From Pseudomonadaceae bacterium (lineage in GTDB: Bacteria; Pseudomonadota; Gammaproteobacteria; Pseudomonadales; Pseudomonadaceae): a stretch of 64,000 nt of DNA. Position 1 is the stretch's first letter, and each line of letters begins with the position of its first letter. The stretch lies in assembly GCA_038114645.1 (NCBI GenBank), contig JAYNRF010000017.1, positions 13,536 to 77,535 of the forward strand, read 5' to 3'. The notes beneath the pieces are model-generated. The model worked only from the letters and a program-made list of their open reading frames with translations, did not search any database and had not been told where the DNA came from. The position numbers and the translations under genes were made by a program. Positions 8,978 through 19,225 of this stretch are shown here, piece by piece.

Positions 8978-10980
8978 GTGCCCTGATTCCGCGCAACAGT
9001 CTGGCCTGGTTGCTGATTGCCCAACTGGTCGTGCTGGTGCCGCACCTGCCGCGCCTGCCCTGGTGGCTGGCGGGCCTCTGGCTGGGGTGTGCGCTCTGGC
9101 GGGTGCAGATCCAGCGCATGCGTTGGGGCTACCCGGGCCGACTGCTACGGGTTGGCGGTTTGTTGCTGACGGCGGTCGCGGTGTTCGTAACCCAGGGTAC
9201 GCTGATCGGCCTGGACGCGACTGTGATGCTGCTATTGCTGCTGTTCATGCTCAAGCTGCTGGAAATGCGCAGCCCGCGTGATGCGCTGGTGGTGATCTAC
9301 CTGGGCTTCTTTATCGTTGCGACGGCCTTTCTGTTTGATCAGGGTATTCCTCTGGCGCTGTATCAGTGCTTCTGCGTGCTGGTGCTGATCGCCGCGCTGG
9401 TGGGGCTGCAGCAAAGCTCGGCGCGCAACGATCCGGCGGCGGCCCTGCGCCGGGCTGGTGGCATGTTGCTGCAGGCCTTGCCGCTGATGCTGGTGCTGTT
9501 TCTGTTCTTTCCCCGGTTGGCACCGTTGTGGTCGGTCAACCTGCCAAGCAGTACCGCGCGCACGGGGCTGTCGGAGAGCATGTCGCCCGCCGATATTGCC
9601 AATCTGGCGCAGTCGCCGGAGTTGGCATTCCGGGTTCAGTTCGATGGGCCGACACCGCCCGCCGCCACCTTGTACTGGCGTGCAATGACCATGAGCCGAT
9701 TTGATGGCCGCGCCTGGTCGCAGGATCGGCGCCTGGAGCAGCGCGTTGCGCCAGCGCTGGACCCGGTTGGGGCGCCATTAAGCTACGAAGTGATTGCCCA
9801 GCCCAGCGGGCGCACCTGGCTCTACAGCCTGCCGGGCAGCAGCAGTGATACCGCGCAGGTGCGGCGTCTGGCCGACGGTACGCTGCGGGCGGTCACGCCG
9901 CTAAGCAGCACCTTCGCCTACAACGCCACCGCCTACCGCGACAGTCCGCTGCAATCTGATGGTTTGTCTGCTGCCGAGCAGGCTCGCGAGCTGCAGTTAC
10001 CACCCAGTGGCGACCCTCGCACGCGCGACTGGGCGCAAAGTCTGCGAGCGCAGTATCGCAACGATGCTGATCTGGTGCAGGCTGTGCTGCGCCACTTCGC
10101 CGAGCAACCTTTTCACTACACGCTGAAACCGCCCGCGCTGGGGCAGCACGCCAACGATGAGTTTTTGTTCGATGCGCGTCGCGGGTTCTGTGAGCACTAC
10201 GCTGGCGCGATGGCGTTTGTGCTGCGCGCTGCGGGCATTCCCGCGCGTGTGGTGACCGGTTATCAAGGTGGTGAGCTGAATCCGAGCGGAGGGTATCTGC
10301 TGGTCCATCAGTTTGACGCGCACGCCTGGATTGAAGCCTGGTTGCCGGGCAGCGGCTGGACCTCTTTTGATCCGACCTTTCAGGTGGCGCCAACGCGCAT
10401 CGAACGCGGGCTGGAAGAGGCGATGCGCGAGGAGGGCAGCTTTCTGGCCGAGTCGCCGCTGTCTGGTGCGCGCTACCGCGGTGTCAGTTGGCTGAACAGC
10501 CTGCGTCTGGGGTGGGATGACCTGAACTATCAGTGGCAGCGGCGCGTACTCAACTTTCGCTCGGAAGAGCAGCTTGCACTGTTCCGGCGCTGGCTGGGCA
10601 CGGCAGACTGGCAGCGGGTGGGAGCCATTGTGCTGGCGCTGGTATTCAGCCTGATGGCGTTGCAGGCACTGATCTGGCTGCGGCCACGGCGCCTGACCGG
10701 CACGCCGGCGCAGCGCGCCTGGCAGCAGCTTGATCGGCGCTTGCAGGTGTTGGGGTTGGGCGCGCTGGCGGGCGAGGGGCCGCGTGACTGGCAGCGGCGT
10801 CTTGGTCGGGCGTTGCCGTCGCAGGAGGCGGCGTTGGCCGCATTCTTTGATTGCTTCGTTGCCCAGCAGTACGCCGGGGATGCGGCCGATAGCACAGCCT
10901 TGCGCGCGCAGCTCAGGCAACTGCTGCGTAGCTTGCCGCGGCGAAAGGCAGCTGCGCGCGGCTTGTCGGCGCGGGTCTAG
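8974..10980 (+). CDS. tgpA: TgpA-like membrane transglutaminase
   Basis: 668-aa ORF with an ATGA overlap with the DUF58 gene. Polytopic N-terminus and a transglutaminase core (RRGFCEHYAGAMAFVLRAAGIPARVV, HAWIEAW, FDPT). Confidence 0.8.
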   Translation: MSALIPRNSLAWLLIAQLVVLVPHLPRLPWWLAGLWLGCALWRVQIQRMRWGYPGRLLRVGGLLLTAVAVFVTQGTLIGLDATVMLLLLLFMLKLLEMRSPRDALVVIYLGFFIVATAFLFDQGIPLALYQCFCVLVLIAALVGLQQSSARNDPAAALRRAGGMLLQALPLMLVLFLFFPRLAPLWSVNLPSSTARTGLSESMSPADIANLAQSPELAFRVQFDGPTPPAATLYWRAMTMSRFDGRAWSQDRRLEQRVAPALDPVGAPLSYEVIAQPSGRTWLYSLPGSSSDTAQVRRLADGTLRAVTPLSSTFAYNATAYRDSPLQSDGLSAAEQARELQLPPSGDPRTRDWAQSLRAQYRNDADLVQAVLRHFAEQPFHYTLKPPALGQHANDEFLFDARRGFCEHYAGAMAFVLRAAGIPARVVTGYQGGELNPSGGYLLVHQFDAHAWIEAWLPGSGWTSFDPTFQVAPTRIERGLEEAMREEGSFLAESPLSGARYRGVSWLNSLRLGWDDLNYQWQRRVLNFRSEEQLALFRRWLGTADWQRVGAIVLALVFSLMALQALIWLRPRRLTGTPAQRAWQQLDRRLQVLGLGALAGEGPRDWQRRLGRALPSQEAALAAFFDCFVAQQYAGDAADSTALRAQLRQLLRSLPRRKAAARGLSARV

Positions 10981-11032
10981 CCCCTATACTTCAAAAAGGC
11001 TTTTCTCAGGACATTTTTGCAGCGGAGTTTGC

Positions 11033-11497
11033 ATGCATCCATTTAGTGCTACACGTCCCCCACGCCTGGCGTTGGGGTTGGGATTGGCCGGGGTGCTCCC
11101 CTTTGTCTCCGGCGCGTTGAGCCTCTGGGTAACGCCCGAGGCCTGGCGCGACAGGGTGCTGGAAGAGCTGTTGGCCTACGCCGCCATTACTCTGGCGTTC
11201 ATGGGGGCGATTCACTGGGGGCTGGCGATGCGCGCTGAAGAGAATAGCGACAAGGCGCCGGTACAGCTAGGCCTTTCGGTCATTCCGCCGCTGCTCGGTT
11301 GGGTTGCGCTGGCGCTACCCACATTTCTTGGCTTGCCGGTTATTCTGATCGCGTTTGCGGCGCTGTATTTTGCCGATGTCTGGGCGGTTGATCACGGCGT
11401 TGCGCCAGTCTGGTACCCGGCGTTGCGCAAGCCCCTGAGCATTATCGTCGTGTGTTCGTTGCTGGTGGCCTGGCTGGCAACGCTGTTCGTCGGCTGA
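11033..11497 (+). CDS. small polytopic membrane protein (DUF3429-like, from memory)
   Basis: ATG at 11033 (MHPFSATRPPRLALGLGLAGVLPF..). The upstream 101 codons of the track ORF overlap tgpA in another frame. Confidence 0.7.
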   Translation: MHPFSATRPPRLALGLGLAGVLPFVSGALSLWVTPEAWRDRVLEELLAYAAITLAFMGAIHWGLAMRAEENSDKAPVQLGLSVIPPLLGWVALALPTFLGLPVILIAFAALYFADVWAVDHGVAPVWYPALRKPLSIIVVCSLLVAWLATLFVG

Positions 11498-11522
11498 GGG
11501 TCACCGGTTCGGGTGATGGGCG

Positions 11523-11566
11523 CGCGGTAATGGCTGTGCTCAAGTGAGCGGACAGCCATTACCGCG
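11523..11566 (+). terminator. 15-bp perfect hairpin downstream of the DUF3429-like gene
   Basis: CGCGGTAATGGCTGT / ACAGCCATTACCGCG with a 14-nt loop. No T-run. Ends 8 nt before the next GTG start. Confidence 0.5.
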
Positions 11567-11574
11567 GATTTCCT

Positions 11575-12576
11575 GTGCACTCTGACTCGTCTTTCCACTG
11601 CGTCGATGGGCGTTGGTTGCTGGCGCTCTACGCCGTTATCCCCGTGTCGTTCCTTGTCGTTGCCCTGGATACGCTCTTGCTGCAGCGTACGTTGCTCGAC
11701 ACATTGTTGCCAGGCGACCCGAACGATTGGGCGCTCTGGGCATTGCTGTTTGGCTTGCCACACATCATCGCCAGTGCGCTGACCCTGTCTGATCGTGATT
11801 ACCTGCAGCACTTTCGCTGGCGGCTCTTGCCCGCTGTGCCGATCTTTCTGCTGCTGTGTCTGGCCGGGTGGTATGGTCCGCAGCCCTTGAGCTACCAGCT
11901 GTTGTTTGTGTTCTTCGCCGGTTTCACGGTGTTCCATGTGTTGTCTCAGCAACTGGGTATTGCGCTGGTGCTGAGCGGCCGCAGGCCGGATCGCGTGTTT
12001 CGCCTTTGGAAGTGGGTGGCGATTATCGCGGGCATCGCGATCTACCTGAATGTCTACGGTGGGCAGTTTCTGGGGCGTGTTCAGTTGGCCGGTACGGACG
12101 CCTATGCGCTACTGGGTGGGGTGGCAGCGGTGCTTTGCACGGTCTTACTGTTTTTGAGTTGGCTGTTGGCGCGGCAGTGCGCGGGGCGTCTCGGGCGCTG
12201 GTACATCTGGGCCAACGGGGCGTTGCTGGTCAGTGCGCTGGTGATCAATCAGCTGGGCTACACCCTGCTGGTGATACTGATGCCGCGGTTGATTCACGAT
12301 CTGACGGCCTTCAGTGTGTATATCACCCATGACCGCAACCGGCGGCTGCAGATGCGCTCAGGCTGGCTCTATCGATGGCTGCCAGCCAGCGGCGTTGCGC
12401 CGTTTGTGGTATTGCCAGTGGCATCCATCGCGATCGCCTGGCTGCTGAATACGCATCAGCAGCATGCGTTTATCGGCATCGCGATTCTGCTGGTTTCGTT
12501 CATGCACTACTACTGGGAAGGGTTTGTCTGGCGCGGCGAAAGCCCGTTGCGTCAGCATGTGCGCTTTCGCCGCTGA
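11575..12576 (+). CDS. hypothetical polytopic membrane protein
   Basis: 333-aa ORF with a GTG start and about 8 hydrophobic segments. I do not recognise a family. Confidence 0.6.
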   Translation: MHSDSSFHCVDGRWLLALYAVIPVSFLVVALDTLLLQRTLLDTLLPGDPNDWALWALLFGLPHIIASALTLSDRDYLQHFRWRLLPAVPIFLLLCLAGWYGPQPLSYQLLFVFFAGFTVFHVLSQQLGIALVLSGRRPDRVFRLWKWVAIIAGIAIYLNVYGGQFLGRVQLAGTDAYALLGGVAAVLCTVLLFLSWLLARQCAGRLGRWYIWANGALLVSALVINQLGYTLLVILMPRLIHDLTAFSVYITHDRNRRLQMRSGWLYRWLPASGVAPFVVLPVASIAIAWLLNTHQQHAFIGIAILLVSFMHYYWEGFVWRGESPLRQHVRFRR

Positions 12577-12582
12577 GTCGCC

Positions 12583-12921
12583 TCAGACCTTCTTGACGAA
12601 CTCTGACTTGAGGTTCATCGCGCCGATGCCGTCGATCTTGCAGGCAATGTCGTGATCACCGTCGACCAGGCGGATGTTCTTGACCTTGGTGCCAACCTTG
12701 ACCACCAGGGAAGAGCCCTTGACCTTGAGGTCCTTGATCACGGTAACCGTATCGCCGTCCTGCAGCGGGTTGCCGTTGGCGTCCTTGATGCCGGAGTCGC
12801 CAGCGTTGTTTTGATCCGCGTCGGCCGACCACTCGTGGGCGCATTCCGGGCAGATGAGCATCAGGCCATCCTGATAGGTGTAGGGAGACTGGCAGGCGGG
12901 GCAGTGCGGCAGGTCACTCAT
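12583..12921 (-). CDS. yjdM: zinc-ribbon protein YjdM/PhnA
   Basis: 112-aa [34 protein letters not shown].. with the C-terminal beta-domain typical of YjdM (PhnA). Confidence 0.9.
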   Translation of the reverse strand: MSDLPHCPACQSPYTYQDGLMLICPECAHEWSADADQNNAGDSGIKDANGNPLQDGDTVTVIKDLKVKGSSLVVKVGTKVKNIRLVDGDHDIACKIDGIGAMNLKSEFVKKV

Positions 12922-13023
12922 GCGGGTACCTCTGAAAGGACGGGATTGACCCTGCGAAGCGCAGGGTCATTGGCGCCGGCATGATGCACGATAGCCGGCG
13001 CGCTGTCCACGTTACAGAGGGTA

Positions 13024-14151
13024 TTACTGGGCTTTTGCGACGACCATGCGGCCATCTGCAGTGATCAGCTGAAGCAGCCCTTGCTCATCAATATCAAAGC
13101 GCGACAGGTGCTGCAGCACGTCGAACATCTTTTGATCCTGTTCCATGCGTCCGCCAAAACAGGCGCGCTGGGTCGACGCGATCATCCGGGTGCTGAGCCC
13201 TTCACCAGTCAACTCATACCCAGTGGTGAAGGCGTTGCAGGCACCCTGGCCGCCCAGCTTGCCGTCTTCACTGAAGCTGATAGTGGCCACACTCTCGGAC
13301 ATTGCGGCTTCGCCGTTGATGCTCTGCACCTGCCAGGTCTTGCCGGTCAGCAGCGCGGCCGGCTCGCCACCGCAGCCCGACAGTTCGTCGCTGCCGGTTT
13401 GCACTTTCACGCTGTAGGGGTAGGGCATGCCGGTCATGCTGTCATGGCACAGCGCCGGGGTTACTTCGACCAGCATCTGATGCTCTGCGGCGGCATCAAA
13501 ACGCAGCGCGCGACCTTGGCGCGTCGCGGTGGGCGTTGGCGTCAACTGCACTGCGCTGCTGCCCTGGCGGGTCAGGCTCATGCGTTCACTGTCGATCTGC
13601 AGGGTCCAGCCCGGTTCATTGCCCTGCGCTTTCAGTGGCAGCATGGCGCTGACGTCGACCACCTGGGAGTTCTGTGGCACCCGGCCGCTCACCTTGACCA
13701 TGGTCAGCACACCCATGTCGTTGACTTCCTGTGCCAGGTCGATCGGGTAGCGGGTGTCGGTGGTCCACAGCAACTGGCCTTCGGCGCTGCGAATCTGGCC
13801 GGAAACGGTATAGGTCATGCGCGAGTCGAACATGCGCGGTTCAACCTTCAGTTCGAATGGCACCGGAACCTGGCTGCCGACCAAGCGGGTGGTCTGCTCG
13901 GCCAGTACGGTAGCGGGGGCGTCGGCCTGCGACACATCGAGCAACTTGACCTGAGCCACACTGCCAGGTGGCAGGGCAATGCGCTCGCGATAGCCGATTG
14001 CACCGACCACCATGCGGGTTTTCGGGATCATTTGTTCTGCTGCCTGCGCGGTGGAGGAGTCATTGGAAGCGGTATTGCTGTTGTGAGCACAGCCCGCCAG
14101 CAGGCTGCCGCAGGCCAGGGCAAGAAAAAAACGTGCAGGGGTTATCAGCAT
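13024..14151 (-). CDS. lipoprotein with YbaY-like and META (HslJ-like) domains
   Basis: 375-aa ORF with a lipobox (SLLAGC). Domain calls are from memory of YbaY/META sequence patterns. Confidence 0.75.
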   Translation of the reverse strand: MLITPARFFLALACGSLLAGCAHNSNTASNDSSTAQAAEQMIPKTRMVVGAIGYRERIALPPGSVAQVKLLDVSQADAPATVLAEQTTRLVGSQVPVPFELKVEPRMFDSRMTYTVSGQIRSAEGQLLWTTDTRYPIDLAQEVNDMGVLTMVKVSGRVPQNSQVVDVSAMLPLKAQGNEPGWTLQIDSERMSLTRQGSSAVQLTPTPTATRQGRALRFDAAAEHQMLVEVTPALCHDSMTGMPYPYSVKVQTGSDELSGCGGEPAALLTGKTWQVQSINGEAAMSESVATISFSEDGKLGGQGACNAFTTGYELTGEGLSTRMIASTQRACFGGRMEQDQKMFDVLQHLSRFDIDEQGLLQLITADGRMVVAKAQ

Positions 14152-14271
14152 AGGGGATCCCTCTAGCGGGGTCGGTAGGCACCGACGCTTTCCATTAACG
14201 GTGTTTTGAGTGTAAACCAGATTCCTGATTTGGCCCGCCCGCCGCCAGGGCAGGCGCGGCGGACCGCCGGT

Positions 14272-16665
14272 TCAGAGGTTCTGGTAGCGATTGACGTCGA
14301 ATAGACCCGCCTGGGTGGGATCAGTTTCCTCTACGTAACGACGAAAGTCCGCCATCACCTCCCAGAACGCAGGATTGGTGCGGCGTACGCCCCATTTTTT
14401 CACCACTCGGGTAACCCCTTGCTGGTCCCGCGCAGCGCGCAGCGCCGCGACGAAGTCCGGCAGTTCGCCAAGGCTGACGTCGAAGCTGAAGTTCGGATAG
14501 CTGCCCAGCGTGCCGCGCATGACCGTCAGGGTGTCGCGTTCGGGTTGCAGACGGGTATCTTCGCCGAACATGAACGCCACGTTGGTGTGGGAGCGGTTGT
14601 GAACCAGGCTGTAGACCCAGCGCTCATCGCCGTCGGTAATGCGCAGGAAGCTCACCTCTGGCAGCAACGGGATGACCGGTAGCGTCTTGCCTGTCTCGCG
14701 GCTAAAGACGCTCAGCGCCCGGTCGATTTGCACTTCCTCTGCGCTCAGCTCCGGGCGTTGGCAGTTGCCCTGCGGGCAGCGGTTCAGCGTGTCCGGGCCG
14801 CTACTCACCGAGGCCGTGCGGCGCATCAGGTGGTTGGCAAAAGCGGCCATTACGCTGGCGTTGTCCTGACGCTCTGCAACGGGGTAATCGATGTTCACCG
14901 CGGTGTCCAGGTTGACGTCGGTGTAGGCGATCTTGTCCTTGAGCTGAGCGTGGCCCTGGTACCACTGGGTATACAGTGCGGTGCGGGTGTCCTGCGGCAC
15001 AAAGCGCAGGAAGTTCATTTCCGAGCCGTTGCGGATCAGATCAAAGTACAGCCGCGTTTGAGCCTGATGGGACAGGCTGCCAAAGACGTTGAAGTTGACC
15101 ACCAGTTCGTAATAGGTCCGTTCAAGCAGCGGGTAGTCCATCACCCAGATGGTGTCGGGAACCTGTCCCCAGAGACCGCGGCGTACCGATGCACTGTCGT
15201 AGTGACGGAAGATGGTCAGCAAGGCATCGCGGTTGTAACCGTCACCATCCCAAATTTCGCTCATGTCGGCGCCGGTCGGCTTGCGCTTGGCATAGTAGTC
15301 GTGGCGCAGCTGCAGATACTGGTTGCGTCGGCCTGCGTACTCCAGCCATTCGCCACCCAGGGCGGACAGGTCGCTGTCCTGACCGGGCAGACCCAGCAGC
15401 GGCGTGGTTTTGCTGCGGTAGATCGGGTCGTTTACATAGGCTTCCTGGGAAGGGTCTTCAAACAGCGTCCAGAACTGGTCGCGGATCACATCGGTCGCAA
15501 CCTGCCCTCGACATACCGGTCCGCGGATAAAGGTGCGCACGAAGTACTCGGCCGAGTCCAGCATGAACTGGTAGCGCGCCTTGGCCGGAATCGCGGTAAA
15601 GGTGATGAACGGGTTGGAGCGCTCGGCGTAGTCGTAGCCGGGCGGCGTCGCAACGGCCCAGTCATTCTGGAAGAACAGCTGCTGCCAGCGGTTCATGCGC
15701 ATGTCGTCCAGACCGTAGGTAATGTGCGTCTTTTCAACCAGCGTTTCGCGAAGCGGGCGCAGGCGGTAGTAGAAGCGCTGGCCCGGATCGTCGTTGGGGC
15801 GGACGGTGCGCAGCGGCTCGACCGGCAGGCCCGGCGGGGTGCTGGAGCGTACCAGCTCATAGAAACTGCTGCCGGTAATGGTCGGGAAGTGCAGGTGCGC
15901 AACGAACAGGTGCTCAAACAGATAGCGAGACACCAGCTGTTCACGTGCACCGCTCTGGTTAAAGAACGACTCCCAGCGGGCGATGCTCGCCTTCTCGGCA
16001 TCCGAGGGCTGCCAGGGTTGTGGCGCAGTGACGGCTCCCTCGCTGATCCAGCGGCTCAGGGTGGCGAACTCTTCGTCGCTCAGGCCGCTAACGGCGTAGG
16101 GCATGCCACCGTGCGGGTTGTCCTTGGCGTAGCCCTTGAAATCGTCAATGGTCGGGCAGGTAAACGCGTGGGCAGTCCCGATCTTGACGTCTTCCGGGAG
16201 CAGCGCGTTGGCCGGTAGCGGGTTGTTGTGGCCAAGCTCGATCATGCGATACAGCAGCGAACCGTTCAGCCGATCCACCTTGCCCTCATCGGCGTCGTGC
16301 AGCACCGAGAAAAAGTCCAGCTCTCGCCACGCTTCGGTAGTGCTGGCATCAATACCCAGCCGGGTCGGCTCGGCGTCGTCCATGCGGGCCGCATCGTAGA
16401 CCTGACGCTCGGACGCGCCGCGCTCCACGCCGTCGGCGCTGGTCAGCTTCAACTGACAGGGCGCGTCGTAGCATCCGTGGCAGGCCATGCACTTGGTTTC
16501 CAGAATCGGCTTGATGTCGCGCTGATAGTCCAGTGCCTGCTGCGGGGTGGTTGCCGGTTCGGCGTAAGCGCTGCTCTGAGCGGTGCTGAAAGCCATTACC
16601 AGCAGTGCTGTGAACAGGGTAATGGCGGTGAGGTGCAGGGGAGTGCGCGCGGAGCGTTGTCGCAT
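14272..16665 (-). CDS. cti: fatty acid cis/trans isomerase (periplasmic haem c protein)
   Basis: 797-aa ORF with a signal peptide and an N-terminal haem-binding CMACH (CXXCH) motif in ..ILETKCMACHGCYDAPCQLKL... Size and sequence resemble Pseudomonas Cti. Confidence 0.85.
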   Translation of the reverse strand: MRQRSARTPLHLTAITLFTALLVMAFSTAQSSAYAEPATTPQQALDYQRDIKPILETKCMACHGCYDAPCQLKLTSADGVERGASERQVYDAARMDDAEPTRLGIDASTTEAWRELDFFSVLHDADEGKVDRLNGSLLYRMIELGHNNPLPANALLPEDVKIGTAHAFTCPTIDDFKGYAKDNPHGGMPYAVSGLSDEEFATLSRWISEGAVTAPQPWQPSDAEKASIARWESFFNQSGAREQLVSRYLFEHLFVAHLHFPTITGSSFYELVRSSTPPGLPVEPLRTVRPNDDPGQRFYYRLRPLRETLVEKTHITYGLDDMRMNRWQQLFFQNDWAVATPPGYDYAERSNPFITFTAIPAKARYQFMLDSAEYFVRTFIRGPVCRGQVATDVIRDQFWTLFEDPSQEAYVNDPIYRSKTTPLLGLPGQDSDLSALGGEWLEYAGRRNQYLQLRHDYYAKRKPTGADMSEIWDGDGYNRDALLTIFRHYDSASVRRGLWGQVPDTIWVMDYPLLERTYYELVVNFNVFGSLSHQAQTRLYFDLIRNGSEMNFLRFVPQDTRTALYTQWYQGHAQLKDKIAYTDVNLDTAVNIDYPVAERQDNASVMAAFANHLMRRTASVSSGPDTLNRCPQGNCQRPELSAEEVQIDRALSVFSRETGKTLPVIPLLPEVSFLRITDGDERWVYSLVHNRSHTNVAFMFGEDTRLQPERDTLTVMRGTLGSYPNFSFDVSLGELPDFVAALRAARDQQGVTRVVKKWGVRRTNPAFWEVMADFRRYVEETDPTQAGLFDVNRYQNL

Positions 16666-16772
16666 GGAGTCCTTCCTTCAAGACAAGACCACGGACTGCG
16701 TGGCTTGTGTTCATCTTGCATCAAGCCAGAGCGAATTGGCCAGGTATTGCGACTGCCGGAGGCAGCGAAGGT

Positions 16773-17645
16773 TCAGCGGGTCTTGCGCGGCTTGGTCAGC
16801 ACCAGAGCAATGCCACCAAGGATCATGGCAGAGGTCAGCAGCAGCCTGGCTGTAAGCGGTTCGGCCAGCAGCAGCGCGCCGCCGAGGGCGGTAATGACCG
16901 GCACGCTCAACTGCACAGTTGCCGCCACGCTGGCGCGCAGCAGCGGCAGGGCGGCATACCAGATCGCGTAGCCGAGCCCCGAGGTGATGGCGCCGGACGC
17001 CAGGGCATACAGCACACCTGTGCTGTCCAGACGCTGGCTCTGCAGCATGGCCAGACTGAGGGCGATGGCGAGCGGCGCCGCGCGCAGAAAATTGCCTGCA
17101 GTAACGGCGGTGGGGTTGGTCGCGCCGCGTCCGCGCAGCGAGTAGATGCCCCAGGCAATGCCCGCTGCCAACATGCTGAGTGCCGCAGGCAGCGGCGGGG
17201 CGCTAGTGCCCGGCAGCAGCAGGGCAATGAGGCCAAGCATCGCCAGCGCCATGCCCGCTTGCTGCGGCAAGCTCAGCCGCTCACCGCGCACAATACCGGT
17301 ACCGATCATGGTGACCTGCACCGCGGCGAACAGCAGCAACGCACCCATGCCCGCATCAAGATGGATATACGCCCAAGAGAACCCGGCCGCGTAAGCAAAC
17401 AACGCGAGCGCTGACGGCCAGCTGCCGTGACTGAACGCACCGCCACCGCGCAGACTGACCAGCAGCCACAGCGTCGCCGCGCCAGAGATCAGGCGCAGAC
17501 TGGTGAAACTGGCCGGATCAATCTCGGTCGTGCCCAGCGCTAGCCGGCACAGCACCGAATTGCCGGCGAAAGCCAGCATGGCCAATACAGTCAGCAGCGT
17601 TGCCTTGGGCACGGGTACGACTCCAGCGCAGGGGGAGGCGATCAT
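16773..17645 (-). CDS. EamA/DMT family transporter
   Basis: About 10 TM segments. I prefer ATG at 17645 (MIASPCAG..); the track ORF begins at a TTG at 17672. Only 29 nt separate it from the upstream EBP stop. Confidence 0.85.
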   Translation of the reverse strand: MIASPCAGVVPVPKATLLTVLAMLAFAGNSVLCRLALGTTEIDPASFTSLRLISGAATLWLLVSLRGGGAFSHGSWPSALALFAYAAGFSWAYIHLDAGMGALLLFAAVQVTMIGTGIVRGERLSLPQQAGMALAMLGLIALLLPGTSAPPLPAALSMLAAGIAWGIYSLRGRGATNPTAVTAGNFLRAAPLAIALSLAMLQSQRLDSTGVLYALASGAITSGLGYAIWYAALPLLRASVAATVQLSVPVITALGGALLLAEPLTARLLLTSAMILGGIALVLTKPRKTR

Positions 17646-17674
17646 AAAACCCCGAATTGTCGGAGATCGCAATG

Positions 17675-19225
17675 CTACTTTGGCGCGGTCTCGGGGTGTC
17701 GCTGAGACCGCAGCGGAACGCCGAGGCGTTGCATCCGATACAGCAGGGTACGTCTGGGTAGTCCAAGCACCTGAGCGGTCAGGGACTGATTACCGTTGTG
17801 CCGCTGCAGCGCTTCGTTGAGCAGGTTGCGCTCGACCTGGTCCAGCTGTTCGCGCAGGGTCAGGCGATGGGCATGGGTTGGGGTGTTGGGCAGGTGCAGG
17901 TGCTCAGGCAGGATCAGGTTGCCGTCACACAGCAGTAGCGCACGGGCGATCAGGCCCTTCAGCTCTCGGACATTGCCGGGAAACCGGTGGCTTGCCAGAT
18001 AGGCCAGCGCACTGTCGGACCAGCGGCAGTCGCTGCGTTGCAGGAACGAACAGGTTTCGCGGCTGAAGTGCAGGGCCAGCTGGCGTATATCGGTGCCCCG
18101 CTCGCGTAACGGCGGCAGGGTGATTGGGAAGTGGCTGAGGCGGTAGTAGAGGTCTTCACGGAAGCGCCCCTGTTCAACCTGATCGAAAAGGTTCTGGTGG
18201 GTGGCGGCGATGATGCGAACGTCGACGTGGTGGCTCTGGTTACTGCCGAGCGGACGTACTTCACCTTCCTGCAGAACCCGCAGCAGTTTGGCTTGCAGTG
18301 CCAGGGGCATGTCGCCAATCTCGTCGAGAAACAGGGTGCCGCCGCTGGCCGCATCGAACAGCCCGTCGCGATCCTGGTTGGCGCCAGTAAAGGCGCCCTT
18401 GCGGTAGCCGAACAGCTCACTTTCCAACAATTGCTCGGGTAGCGCGCTGCAGTTCTGGGCAATGAATGGCTGGGTTCGGCGCGACCCGTAGTCATGGATC
18501 GCGCGAGCGACCAGTTCCTTGCCAGTGCCGGTTTCGCCACCCAGCAAGACCGTCACCGGGTTATGCAGAACCTTGCTGACCAGCCGGTAGACCCCCTGCA
18601 TTGCCGGGCTTTCCCCGATCAGGCCGAAGTTACCGTGCTCGCTTTGTGGCATTGCGTCGGGCGCCGTGAGGCACGGTGTGTGCTGTGCCAGGTCGGTCTG
18701 ATGCAGCGCTTGCAGCTGCGCCAATGCGATTGTGCCGATCATCGCCAGCTGCGGTGCCAGCGCTTCGCTAATGGCGCGTCCCTGACTTGCCAGCACCAGC
18801 AGGCCGACCACTTGCTGTCGGCAATCGACAAGGGGTTGGCATAGCAGGCTACGCCAGGGGGTTGAAACAGCAGGTAGAAAGGGCGTTGAGTGCAGACTGC
18901 GATCGAGTTCGTTCAGATGTAGTGGAGCATTCTGGCTAAGGCTGTAACCGAGCAGCGACTCCCCCAAACCGTCACGTTCGGGGGCGCTGCCCAGCACGCC
19001 GTTTAGCCACTGGCAGCACAGCGGCAGTTGGCTGTGGCTGGCATCCAGCAGATAGAACTGAACCAGGGCGCAGCCACTCAGTTCGGCAAGCCAGCTCACC
19101 AGCCGTTGCTGCAGCTCGACCGGGCGCTGGCAGCCTGCCAGCGCGGTCAGGCCGGCGAGCACCGGGGTAGCGCCGGGCAGCGTCTGGGTCGGGTCGCTAA
19201 ACGGCAGTGTGTCAGGTGCGTTCAA
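17675..19225 (-). CDS. sigma-54-dependent enhancer-binding protein (GAF-like N-terminus, AAA+, Fis-type HTH), T6SS-associated
   Basis: 516 aa with Walker A GETGTGKE, the GAFTGA loop and a C-terminal HTH. TTG start preceded by GGGAGG at 6-nt spacing. Overlaps the clpV end by 14 nt. Confidence 0.9.
   Translation of the reverse strand: MNAPDTLPFSDPTQTLPGATPVLAGLTALAGCQRPVELQQRLVSWLAELSGCALVQFYLLDASHSQLPLCCQWLNGVLGSAPERDGLGESLLGYSLSQNAPLHLNELDRSLHSTPFLPAVSTPWRSLLCQPLVDCRQQVVGLLVLASQGRAISEALAPQLAMIGTIALAQLQALHQTDLAQHTPCLTAPDAMPQSEHGNFGLIGESPAMQGVYRLVSKVLHNPVTVLLGGETGTGKELVARAIHDYGSRRTQPFIAQNCSALPEQLLESELFGYRKGAFTGANQDRDGLFDAASGGTLFLDEIGDMPLALQAKLLRVLQEGEVRPLGSNQSHHVDVRIIAATHQNLFDQVEQGRFREDLYYRLSHFPITLPPLRERGTDIRQLALHFSRETCSFLQRSDCRWSDSALAYLASHRFPGNVRELKGLIARALLLCDGNLILPEHLHLPNTPTHAHRLTLREQLDQVERNLLNEALQRHNGNQSLTAQVLGLPRRTLLYRMQRLGVPLRSQRHPETAPK

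Noticed and set aside
14728-16218. Long ORFs lying antisense inside well-supported genes. Examples: 14728-16218 in cti, 30-1127 and 1944-3086 in the urease genes, 3909-4931, 9997-10920, 20436-21371, 25450-26406, 35890-37269 in fabB, 43918-44829, 45219-46577 in gpsA, 51587-53362, 54460-55461 and 56025-56813.
   Set aside because: All are fully nested opposite genes with unmistakable homology. Their composition is Arg/Ala/Gly/Val/His-rich and low in complexity, and they lack recognisable motifs or ribosome-binding sites. Stop-poor antisense frames are expected in DNA this GC-rich.
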